Below are positions 52,001 through 59,748 of a DNA stretch of 64,000 bases, piece by piece (the stretch's first letter is position 1; each line of letters opens with the position of its first letter). A program made the position numbers and the translations under genes. A model generated the notes under the pieces. That model did not search any database, was not told the DNA's origin, and saw only the letters and a program-made list of their open reading frames with translations. The DNA comes from Deinococcales bacterium (GTDB lineage Bacteria > Deinococcota > Deinococci > Deinococcales > JAAFIG01): contig JANNVX010000067.1 in NCBI GenBank assembly GCA_031414595.1, positions 1-64,000 on the forward strand, written 5' to 3'.

Positions 52001-52239
52001 GGTAATCGGGTGTGTAACCAATGCCAAGGTTCTGAAATTGGAATTAACACTCGAGTACAAGGGATGACACTTAGCACTTGCTCGACGGTGTGGGTTTTGC
52101 CCATGCCCGCATCTGCCACAATTGCAATGGCGGCACTGCGAAAACCCGAGGCGATTCCGTTCAGGCGCTCAAGCAACCGCCCAGCTTCGGCAGTCAGTTG
52201 CTTTTTTGAGGTGGTAGGGCTGCTTAAGTGTGTTGGCAT
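49078..52239 (-). CDS. STAND ATPase - TPR - C-terminal SARP/wHTH transcriptional activator (paralogue 1)
   Basis: Walker A ADAGMGKT, Walker B VHLEDAH, ITSR, GNPLF and FVHPLY motifs; TPR-like helices; C-terminal LEVLG...ELLALLL...DTLYP...ALRQLIYRLRKSLG...GY.L. Likely start 52239 (6 nt after TACCCT). Confidence 0.85.
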   Translation of the reverse strand: MPTHLSSPTTSKKQLTAEAGRLLERLNGIASGFRSAAIAIVADAGMGKTHTVEQVLSVIPCTRVLIPISEPWHWLHTRLPVATKPLPVWAEQVFKQLKEQQNLSEKSIAQAVLTYLTALSPVLVHLEDAHEANPAQLALWVTVAQMLGKSKGIGLIITSRLPLSAAFQEFSLQALDQKAATALLNNAAVYPLPPDAINWIYKRSLGNPLFTLEFFQHALRQGFLWQVQKQWFWQEPIQTQTIPKDLEAIIIERLEDISQQIAAPSILRQVLLSLALLPNQPNLRDHVFATWSEQMQNVYHLELFSTGIWSANQFVHPLYPEVLRSKMWLQEKISIARELIAPTLLFAPELIEYLVETAQLEPKQTLDVWLEVARLTAAKGNKHFAGRAFAYAVQLTSLEEKSSMAFQAAELLKPFDRTESARLYEIAFRLEPDNPEFILGWCLALQLLGRSDEAEQILIKSAPEKEFDVAWLAAFVQFLAIRGDYQKVISIWQQHPDLQQQLNPVVNWSIAMSLIQLSRQVEAFELIDQTLSRPVELSARLRLFNVKALGLRILGQFTAAEALFTQTLNLLQEHPEESSNLWIEQELLISNRGLVRMDLGRKQEGLHDLETSLQLMRDLADPFRYSIRQAAIASSITYLGQFERAELLLLEAQNVLSHATGDWLYLTSVHLQLAYLYMEWSPPFGEILACKHTKDALRYQRLLTSKPQLARNLADIAWIEALHGDPSVALTLIDEQIELAQKLELTSDLAKGMWVRARTRFALGFIEESKQEMIQALKTLEDTDTSISFERFALEFDYLFSQKEAAALRIRRLKELGDEAISTLHVAKRYFPEMFNQSQQTTQTNPQKLEVLGEMRYATQTISKRLKKARELLALLLEARLMGRVMVTQLEMIDTLYPEENEEQAASALRQLIYRLRKSLGSEIVQHTTLGYCLGVRTDAEDFLETLDTTIWRGVYLEDEISLNPSVQEALSEALTRAITQSLPINPTEATRASRILLNMNPFERPALRLHVQALEASLDSSLNSFYQVQQEQYQKIGESLPSSWQEFILLPE

Positions 52240-52281
52240 GTTCACAGGGTACTCCAAATTACATTTTGGGATTTTCTCGAG

Positions 52282-52319
52282 TCGGTCTCGGAGTGCAAAA
52301 TTTTGCACTCCGAGACCGA
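52282..52319. repeat. Perfect 38-bp palindrome
   Basis: TCGGTCTCGGAGTGCAAAA|TTTTGCACTCCGAGACCGA. Confidence 0.95.
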
Positions 52320-52328
52320 TAAGCCAAA

Positions 52329-54509
52329 TTACGGTTTGAACAGAGCCACAAACGAAGTGGTGTTATTTAGTGCAAAGCCATTGCCAAACGCCATTGCACT
52401 GCTGTCTGGTAAGCCAACCACACCCGTAAAAATTGAGTCAAAGCTGAGGCTGTTACTTGGATTGGTATAACCGAGTAACACTTTACCGCCCACGCCAAAG
52501 CTGCTGTCTAAACTGCCATCTTGGTTTAAGCGCACGGCTGCGAAGTCGTTGGTGTTGGCTGCACCGACCATCATAATTTTGCCATTGGCAAGCACAGTAA
52601 TGGCTCGAGGAACGTGCAGGTTGGCATTAAAGGTCACATCTATGCGCCCATCGGTATCAAAACTGGTGTCGAGGCTGCCAGTATCGGTTAGACGAACCAC
52701 ACTGTACAATTCGGTGGTGACATCACGAATCAGCATTAACAGTCTGCCTTGAGCGTCCAGAGTAACGCGGCTACGGCTATTAATCGAACTTAAATTCAGA
52801 ACAGCATTGTTGATTGCTTGGCTTTGATAAGCTGCGTCTACTGCGCCAGTTGGGAGAATACGATTCACAGTGATGGTTGAACTGGCTCCTGAATCGGAGA
52901 TGACAAGGAAGCGTCCTTGGGAATCGGTGAAAGCGATAGCTGTTTCATTTGAAAACAGACCAGGAATCGCAATTGTTTTGCGTCCGTCACCATCAAAATC
53001 AGGGTCTAAGTTGCCACCGGGAGTTAAGCGAATCAATTCGTTTTGGGTGATAAATAAGAAACGACCTAAGTCAACTTGGGCAAAACTGAGCAGATCAGAT
53101 CCAATGTTGGATGCAAACAGTTGGGTTGCACCATTTGTACCGAAACTCGAGTCCAAAGAACCATTTGGGTTCAAACGGGTAATTGCTGTATCACTAAGGA
53201 GCAAAATTTTATTGTCGGCTTGGAGTACAAATTGCACTGGAGTGACAAAACCCAGTCCAGCAGGAGGGTTAAAGGTGCTATCAAGCGTGGCATCGGCATT
53301 AAGCCTTGCAATCCCCAACGCTCCTACCGTAACCAGTATTTTCCCATCTGGTTGCCGAAGACTAATCCGACCATTGATGCTCGGTGCTGTCTTAAATCCT
53401 GCCAATGGCAAATTGCTAAAACTCGAGTCTAGGGCGTTACCGCCAATGTTTGTGGCTTTGGGTTGCTCGAACCGACTCAGTACGTTGGTGCTGACCAAAA
53501 TGGTTTGTATAATCCCGCCGCCTGTACCTTTAATTGTAAAGTTTTGAGGTCCAGAAGGGGTGTTCAAACCAGCCACCATTGACATATTGGTATTTGTACC
53601 GTTCTCGACTCGCATATCTTGTGGCACACTTTGGGCGCTAATTACCACAGGCGCAGTAAATCCAGCTTTGCGTTCGACATTAACGGTAAAATTGCTGCGG
53701 ACTTCTTGCAGAATTGGGTCTTCGATAACGGTGGTGCTGAGCTTAAAGCCTTGGGTCGTGACAGGCAAAACCGTAAGTTGCACCACGGTACTTCTGGTCA
53801 GGTTATTGGCGACACCAACCATTCTCATGGCATAGACTCCGGGCAGGGTGTTGTTGGCAAGGCTTAATGTCACCAATGAGGTGTTCTGATTGGGTGGATT
53901 GACCGTTGGGACTGGATTTTTATTAAAAACCGCACTGACCCCAAGCGGTAAATTCTCGAGGGTAAGCTGGACATTGCCGCTAAATGTGGGGTCTAGTTCT
54001 TTAACGTTAATGCCAAATTTGGCGGTAAAACCGGGTTCGGCACTAAACACATTGGGGGTTGCGGTCAGGGTGTAGACCGAACCTGTTATAGCTGGAACAA
54101 CGACATTGATATTGGTACTGACGGTGATGGTTGCGGCTTGGGGGTTTAGGCTTTTTCCGGGTATGCCATCTATCGCAACACCAAGCACTTTTAAGGGGTA
54201 TGTACCGGGAGCAACATTTTTACCGATTTTCAGGCGCACACCACAATCGCCGTTGCTCGAGTCGCGGGTCCATTCTTGTTCAAAACCAGCCGGTAAATTC
54301 TCGAAGGTCATTTGTACAAGGTTGCTAAAGCCAGCCTCACGCTCGAGCGCCACAAAACTGGTGGCATCACCACCAATTGGAATCTCGAGGCTTATTTCGG
54401 CGGGTTTGAGCTTAAAACTTGGAATAACAACAGGTGGTGGCGCAGTGTTACACGCCATGATGGTCATACCTAAAGCGAGGAGCAGACCGATTGTTTTGCT
54501 GTGTTTCAT
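52329..54509 (-). CDS. Lipoprotein with Ig-like repeats and delta-60 (beta-propeller) repeats
   Basis: Lipobox IMAC; repeated F.L...GF...V.L...NLP.G modules; multiple RL..(D/N)GSLD.SF(G/D) repeats; AAGGAG RBS. Confidence 0.85.
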   Translation of the reverse strand: MKHSKTIGLLLALGMTIMACNTAPPPVVIPSFKLKPAEISLEIPIGGDATSFVALEREAGFSNLVQMTFENLPAGFEQEWTRDSSNGDCGVRLKIGKNVAPGTYPLKVLGVAIDGIPGKSLNPQAATITVSTNINVVVPAITGSVYTLTATPNVFSAEPGFTAKFGINVKELDPTFSGNVQLTLENLPLGVSAVFNKNPVPTVNPPNQNTSLVTLSLANNTLPGVYAMRMVGVANNLTRSTVVQLTVLPVTTQGFKLSTTVIEDPILQEVRSNFTVNVERKAGFTAPVVISAQSVPQDMRVENGTNTNMSMVAGLNTPSGPQNFTIKGTGGGIIQTILVSTNVLSRFEQPKATNIGGNALDSSFSNLPLAGFKTAPSINGRISLRQPDGKILVTVGALGIARLNADATLDSTFNPPAGLGFVTPVQFVLQADNKILLLSDTAITRLNPNGSLDSSFGTNGATQLFASNIGSDLLSFAQVDLGRFLFITQNELIRLTPGGNLDPDFDGDGRKTIAIPGLFSNETAIAFTDSQGRFLVISDSGASSTITVNRILPTGAVDAAYQSQAINNAVLNLSSINSRSRVTLDAQGRLLMLIRDVTTELYSVVRLTDTGSLDTSFDTDGRIDVTFNANLHVPRAITVLANGKIMMVGAANTNDFAAVRLNQDGSLDSSFGVGGKVLLGYTNPSNSLSFDSIFTGVVGLPDSSAMAFGNGFALNNTTSFVALFKP

Positions 54510-54595
54510 AATTTTCTCCTTATTGCTAAAAACGCGAGGGTTTAAGAACGAAGTACCTGTTTTGTATCCGAACCTCCTGTGTAACGAACTTCTAA

Positions 54596-54628
54596 AGGCT
54601 AAATGGACTGTGGTAACGAGGCTGTAAC
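54596..54628 (-). promoter_or_regulatory. Direct-repeat activator box + -10 (copy 1)
   Basis: Sense strand GTTACAGCCTCGTTACC (54628-54612), 10 nt, then TAGCCT. Confidence 0.8.
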
Positions 54629-54635
54629 ATCAAAA

Positions 54636-55415
54636 CTAGAATGGGAAACTTTTAGGGTCTTTTGGATTGACAATTTTGAGAACCAACCCCAAATCAGTCA
54701 TTGTCTTTTTGTCCTCGAGCCGAGGTGCTTTTTGTACCCCCACTTGGTTAATCAGGGCAGCTTGCTGCTTGCCGTTGGGTAGTACAATCCAACCAGCCAC
54801 GGCTTTTTTTGCACTCTTGCTTTCGGCTCGGTAAAAACCAGCTTGGTCTCGAGCCAATGGAACAGCAAAGGCATACGTTCCACTTGGTAATTCAAGGCTG
54901 CCGAGTGCGTTTTGCAAATTTATTTTGGCAATTAGCCGCGCTCCGTTTTTAGACTGCAACTCGAGTGAATTGTCTAAACCGAGTGCGCCTTTGAACCATT
55001 CAGCAGTCTTTTGCCCATCACAGATGTATGCCAGTACACGCTGCTGTTGCAAGGCAATGGCAATAAAAACTGGTGATTGTGGAATTTTTCCAACATAGAC
55101 TGCCTCGAGTTGGGGTGAGGCTGGCTTGAACCACAACACGGCTGCAATCAATAAAACCGCCAAAAGGCTAAAGACACGTACATCTAATTTTTTCTGGACT
55201 GGCGTTTTGGTGATTGGTTGTGGCTCGAGTGGCAGACCGCATTGGGCGCAATTTCGGGCATAGGGCGACATGATTGGCGCTTGGCAGACTTGGCACTGCT
55301 CGAGCATTTCTGTGCCATCGTTAATACAATATCTTTCCCCGCTTTCTATCGGTACGGCTCGAGCGCAGCGCGGACAGATGCGGTATTGGGGCTGGCTGGT
55401 CACGAGTTGGCTCAT
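54636..55415 (-). CDS. Double zinc-ribbon + TM + extracytoplasmic domain protein
   Basis: CPRC...CIND...CQVC...CAQC followed by a TM helix (VFSLLAVLLIAAVLW); likely leaderless start at 55415. Confidence 0.75.
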   Translation of the reverse strand: MSQLVTSQPQYRICPRCARAVPIESGERYCINDGTEMLEQCQVCQAPIMSPYARNCAQCGLPLEPQPITKTPVQKKLDVRVFSLLAVLLIAAVLWFKPASPQLEAVYVGKIPQSPVFIAIALQQQRVLAYICDGQKTAEWFKGALGLDNSLELQSKNGARLIAKINLQNALGSLELPSGTYAFAVPLARDQAGFYRAESKSAKKAVAGWIVLPNGKQQAALINQVGVQKAPRLEDKKTMTDLGLVLKIVNPKDPKSFPF

Positions 55416-55422
55416 GGGGTTT

Positions 55423-55455
55423 AGGTTACGGGCAGGGTGGTAACGAGCCTGTAAC
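55423..55455 (-). promoter_or_regulatory. Direct-repeat activator box + -10 (copy 2)
   Basis: Sense strand GTTACAGGCTCGTTACC (55455-55439), 10 nt, TAACCT, 7 nt, ATG. Confidence 0.8.
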
Positions 55456-55491
55456 GTCTTTGTTTTTGATTTGTGGCTTAGAATTCTCGGT

Positions 55492-58449
55492 GTGTCCGAA
55501 TCCGTAGAAACCTTAAAGCAGTGCTTACAAGATTTGCCTTTGGGAAATCCCAGTTGTGCTTTGGCGTTGACAGCCGAAGCTGGCGCAGGCAAGTCTTTTG
55601 CGGTGGCAGCCTTAATGCGTGAGTTACCGTATGGTTCAATGGTTGTCCATGCCGAAATTAGCCTTAGAGATTTACCAAAGATGCTGCCTTCTCGAGCAAC
55701 ACAAAAAATACCCGTACCAGATGGCGTGGTGACATCGTTGCTGAATCACTTAAATCTGCTGAGTCCGTTTGTTTTATGGGTCGAAGATTTTCATCAAGCC
55801 AGTCCCGAACAGCAACAAATCTGGTTGGCACTCTCGAGCGCGATTATTCAAACCAAAGGGCTGGCATTGTTATTTACAACAAGGGTGGCAATGACTGCGC
55901 CTGTACAGACCTTTTTTCTCGAGCCACTTTCACCGATTCAATTAAAGTCTTTACTGGAAACCGAAGCAGGCTCGATTATCCCCGAAGCCGCGATTATCTG
56001 GATTGAAAAGCAAACCCAAGGCAATCCGCTTTTTTCCTTGGAGTATTTTAAGTGGTTAGCACGGCTGGGTTTTTTACGCAGTGATGGTCAATTTTGGCGT
56101 TGGCGTGAACCAGAGCATCGGGTTTTGCCATCAAAGTTAGACGCGCTGATAGAACAAGCCCTGATGCCCGCTTTGGTTTCTGAGCAGCAGGCGCATGTCT
56201 TGCTGGCGGCGGCATTGCTGGGTTCAAAAGTGGATTTATCGGTTTTGTCGCAAGTCACACAAAAAAGCCAAACCGAACTTAAAGAAATTTTTTTGAGACT
56301 CGAGCGATTTGGGGTTTTTAGACGTGGACAATTTGCCCATTCTCTGTACAAAGAGGTACTGCTGAACAATCCAAACATCAAAAATCGTGAATTGATAATA
56401 AAGCAAGTGCTGACTTTTTTAGCCAAGCATAATCCAATAGAAGCCACCCAAATGATGCGCTATGCCAAGTTAAACCCGACCGAACAAGGCTATTATTTTG
56501 AACAAGCCATTACCTTTGCCCTCAACTTGCCAGACCCTGTGTTAGCGGCTCGGTTGCGCCGCAAAAGCATCGAATTTGTGGATCGTTTAGCCCAAGTTCC
56601 CTTGTTGCTCGAGTCAGCCTTGTGGTTGCAACCGTATCAGCTTTCCGAAGCCTTAGAGATCACCGATTTACTGTTATCACTCGAGCCGCTCAACACGGCT
56701 AATTTGCGTCTGCGGGTGATTTTATTGGCAAAACTAGGGCGCACAACCGAGGCACAGGGGATGCTACACAGCTTGCCTTTGAAGGGGCTTAACGACTTAA
56801 TAGAACTCGAGGTTCTGGTGTTGTACCGAGGCTGCCAGTATACAAAACTGCTTGAACTCTGGCGGGTTGGCTTAGCTGCACAAGTTATTTTGCCCGCACC
56901 TTTGGCTCGAGCCGTGGCAATTGCGTTACTTTATGATTCAGAATTTGAAAAAGCCCAGCAAATTATGAGCAGAACCTCGAGCCTAACAGGTTTTGACCGA
57001 TTGGACATCTTGTTTGCCGAATTGTATCTTCCATTTACAAAGCATGACTTTGTAACCACAATCAGGGCTTGCACCGATTTTTTAGGGCAACTCGAGCCGT
57101 ACCGCAATGCCACCTTTGAATGGATTGACTTGTTGTGCGGCACATTGCATTTACGAGCTTTGGCGTACAGCGCCCTTGGTCAACCGCTCGCTGCAATTGC
57201 GGACACCACAAAAAATTTGGGCTACCTTAAACAACTTGGTCTTTTGGTTATCTATGCCCAAAGAAAGGCAGAATTGGCGTTGTACCAACTCGAGGCTGGC
57301 GAAAGCGGTTTGGCAGCCACCAACTTATTTGAAGCCAGTGAAACTTTGGATTACTCGAGCGAGCCAGTCCAGAATTGCTTTTATCATCAAACTCGAGCCA
57401 TCTATTACTTGGGCTTAGAAGATCAAAAAGCCTTGCAGATTGCCCGTTTAGCACTTCGTCATGCCCAAGAAACCGAAGAACCAAATCACATCAATCAGGC
57501 AAAACAGACCTTGGCACTGATTGAAGCCAGCCTTGGCTCTGGCGCAAAAGCCTTGGATTTAGTCTCCCAACTCGAGCCGCCACCAAGACTGACCAAAGCC
57601 ATTGCTTTGAAGCGCTTAGGGCAACCTACCGAGGCAATAGAACTACTCGAGCAAGCAGGCAACGAACCGACTGGACGTATGCAGCTTGAATTGGCTCATC
57701 TTAAAAATGACTTTGCTTTTGCCCAGAAACTCTTATTGCAATTTAATCAAAACCACCAAGGGCAACTGATTAAACTGCACCAAAAATACTTTCCTCATTC
57801 CAGCCGCCCTAAAAAACCTGCGCTGCGCGTACTGGGCGATATTTACTGGCACGATGCGCCCTTGGGTGAACGTGGACGCAAAGCCCTAGAATTATTGGTC
57901 TACTTACTCGAGGCTCGGGTAGAAAAACAGCCAGTCGTGACTTTAGAAGAATTATTCAGGGTGCTTTATCCAAATCATCAGCCCGCCGAAGCCAAAGCCG
58001 CCCTAAAACAATTGGTTTACCGAATGCGGAGTTTTCTGGGTGCAGAAACGATTTTGCACCTTGGTGATGGCTATGCTTTAGGTGCGTTTGAAACTGACCT
58101 CGAGCTATTTTTAGAACATCCACAACCCGAATTACTTTTAGGCAATTACATCAATGACCTTGGAACAGACCACCCCTCGAGCTTGCGCCAAGTTTTAACA
58201 GAAAAAATCCAGACCTTACTATCCGAAATGATGCAGCACAACCACCCTGAAACAGTCCGAATTGCCCGAATTTTACTCGAGATGAACAGCCCAGACCAAA
58301 AAAATCTAACCCTGATTCTTAAAGCTGTTCAACACGCCAAAGACCCTGTAGCAGCGATTCAAATTTATGCCCATGCCAAACAAAAACTCGAGGAAATGGG
58401 CGAGGATTTACCCGACTCTTGGCAAAAATACTTACAAGCCCAAGGCTAA
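55492..58449 (+). CDS. STAND ATPase - TPR - C-terminal SARP/wHTH transcriptional activator (paralogue 2)
   Basis: AEAGAGKS, LWVEDFH, FTTR, GNPLF and FAHSLY motifs; C-terminal LRVLG...ELLVYLLEAR...LYP...ALKQLVYRMRSFLG...GYALG. Likely GTG start 55492 (7 nt after TAGAAT). Confidence 0.85.
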   Translation: MSESVETLKQCLQDLPLGNPSCALALTAEAGAGKSFAVAALMRELPYGSMVVHAEISLRDLPKMLPSRATQKIPVPDGVVTSLLNHLNLLSPFVLWVEDFHQASPEQQQIWLALSSAIIQTKGLALLFTTRVAMTAPVQTFFLEPLSPIQLKSLLETEAGSIIPEAAIIWIEKQTQGNPLFSLEYFKWLARLGFLRSDGQFWRWREPEHRVLPSKLDALIEQALMPALVSEQQAHVLLAAALLGSKVDLSVLSQVTQKSQTELKEIFLRLERFGVFRRGQFAHSLYKEVLLNNPNIKNRELIIKQVLTFLAKHNPIEATQMMRYAKLNPTEQGYYFEQAITFALNLPDPVLAARLRRKSIEFVDRLAQVPLLLESALWLQPYQLSEALEITDLLLSLEPLNTANLRLRVILLAKLGRTTEAQGMLHSLPLKGLNDLIELEVLVLYRGCQYTKLLELWRVGLAAQVILPAPLARAVAIALLYDSEFEKAQQIMSRTSSLTGFDRLDILFAELYLPFTKHDFVTTIRACTDFLGQLEPYRNATFEWIDLLCGTLHLRALAYSALGQPLAAIADTTKNLGYLKQLGLLVIYAQRKAELALYQLEAGESGLAATNLFEASETLDYSSEPVQNCFYHQTRAIYYLGLEDQKALQIARLALRHAQETEEPNHINQAKQTLALIEASLGSGAKALDLVSQLEPPPRLTKAIALKRLGQPTEAIELLEQAGNEPTGRMQLELAHLKNDFAFAQKLLLQFNQNHQGQLIKLHQKYFPHSSRPKKPALRVLGDIYWHDAPLGERGRKALELLVYLLEARVEKQPVVTLEELFRVLYPNHQPAEAKAALKQLVYRMRSFLGAETILHLGDGYALGAFETDLELFLEHPQPELLLGNYINDLGTDHPSSLRQVLTEKIQTLLSEMMQHNHPETVRIARILLEMNSPDQKNLTLILKAVQHAKDPVAAIQIYAHAKQKLEEMGEDLPDSWQKYLQAQG

Positions 58450-58451
58450 AC

Positions 58452-58484
58452 GTTACAGCCTCGTTACCAGTCCTAGCGCAAGCT
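58452..58484 (+). promoter_or_regulatory. Direct-repeat activator box + -10 (copy 3)
   Basis: GTTACAGCCTCGTTACC (58452-58468), 10 nt, then CAAGCT. Confidence 0.8.
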
Positions 58485-58508
58485 GTTGGAGAAAGGAAAG
58501 GAGCGAGT

Positions 58509-58637
58509 ATGAAAAAACGGTTTTGGCTTCTGGCATTGCTGGTTGCAGCACTAATCACCGCTTGTCCAAGTCCTCCACCAGCCGTGGCTGATGGCACTTG
58601 GGGAGAATCAAATTGGGGACAGGCTAACTGGAGGTAA
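58509..58637 (+). CDS. 42-aa mini-lipoprotein with Trp repeats
   Basis: AAGGAG RBS; MKKRFWLLALLVAALITA-C lipobox; mature part PSPPPAVADGTWGESNWGQANWR. Confidence 0.75.
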   Translation: MKKRFWLLALLVAALITACPSPPPAVADGTWGESNWGQANWR

Positions 58638-58639
58638 TT

Positions 58640-59533
58640 ATGAAAAACATTGTAAAGAACTGGGCAATTGGATTTGGGATAGGAATTTCTGGACTTGGCG
58701 TAGCTGCCGTGACACTGCCACACACTTTTTTACCAGGAACACCGATTAAATCGGCGGACATGAACGCCCAATTTTTAGAAATCAGCAAAGCCATTAACAG
58801 CCTCGAGACCCAACTCAATACAGTCAAAGGTTCGGTTACGACCCTCGAGACAGGTAAGCAAAAACGAGTTACTGGAACGTGTACCATCGGCTCGAGTATC
58901 CGCACCATAGATGCCGAAGGTAATGTCGAATGCGAACTGGACGATATTGGCGGCAATGGCGGTAGTTTCTCGGCAGGCGCGGGTTTGAATTTTACAAATA
59001 ATGTTTTTTCGGTAGCCGATGCTGGAATTACCACTTCTAAATTAGCCGACAGTAGTGTCAATGCCGCTAAAATTGCCGATGAACCAGCCGTTGCCCAAAG
59101 CATAGACACCGATGGTCACGGCACAATGGCACAAGGGCAAATTATTATTCTCGAGCAAGTCACGGTTCAAGCTCCAGCCAATGGTTTTGTACTGGTGATT
59201 GGTTCAACCCAAGTCGGTATTGTTGCCACCACCAATTCATTCCCAGCCGCCGCTTTTGGAGTTTCTAAATCACCAACCAGCATGGATAACGAACAAGTAA
59301 AGTTTGTATCTGCCCCACCAGTCGCTGCCAATGCCAACAATAATTCGGTTTTCCAAACGGTCTCGAATCAAAAAATCTTTGCGGTCAATGCAGGGGCAAA
59401 CACCTTTTATTTACTAGGAAGCCGTCAAGTGAGTACCCCTGTCAGCAGTAAAAAAGAAACTTTGTCGGCTGTTTTTATCCCCTCGAGTATGGGAACAGTT
59501 GAAGAAATTGACCTCGGCACGCCACCGATTTAA
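58640..59533 (+). CDS. Secreted fibre/adhesin-like protein
   Basis: GGAGG RBS, signal-like N-terminus, TF.PGTPI.S..MN..F motif, coiled coil, C..GSSIR.I...G.V.C module, and IT..KLAD..V...KIAD repeats. Confidence 0.7.
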   Translation: MKNIVKNWAIGFGIGISGLGVAAVTLPHTFLPGTPIKSADMNAQFLEISKAINSLETQLNTVKGSVTTLETGKQKRVTGTCTIGSSIRTIDAEGNVECELDDIGGNGGSFSAGAGLNFTNNVFSVADAGITTSKLADSSVNAAKIADEPAVAQSIDTDGHGTMAQGQIIILEQVTVQAPANGFVLVIGSTQVGIVATTNSFPAAAFGVSKSPTSMDNEQVKFVSAPPVAANANNNSVFQTVSNQKIFAVNAGANTFYLLGSRQVSTPVSSKKETLSAVFIPSSMGTVEEIDLGTPPI

Positions 59534-59637
59534 GTATCTCACACCTCCATTTTAGAATCTTCAAAATGCGGCAATTCTGTTCTTGCTTATAAGATAGCAC
59601 CTCACGGGCTATTCGCGCTCATTTCGGTGTGAGATAC
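59534..59637. mobile_element. 104-bp MITE-like element with 12-bp terminal inverted repeats
   Basis: GTATCTCACACC (59534-59545) ... GGTGTGAGATAC (59626-59637); contains the 42-bp repeat also found at 24485. Confidence 0.6.
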
Positions 59638-59748
59638 GCCTAAATTGCCTCGGTATAAAACGACTCGAGCAACCCCAGTTTTTTCTCATGGGTATGAACC
59701 CACGCCATCAGTTCAATATAATCCAACAGCAACGATAGGAGGTACATT

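Noticed and set aside
49078-58449. Avs-type antiphage STAND defence proteins
   Set aside because: There is no N-terminal nuclease, protease, SIR2 or TIR effector; the C-terminus looks like a SARP DNA-binding domain and matching promoter boxes are adjacent.
58640-59533. Prophage tail-fibre remnant
   Set aside because: No other phage genes are nearby, and the protein has a signal-like N-terminus in a lipoprotein operon.
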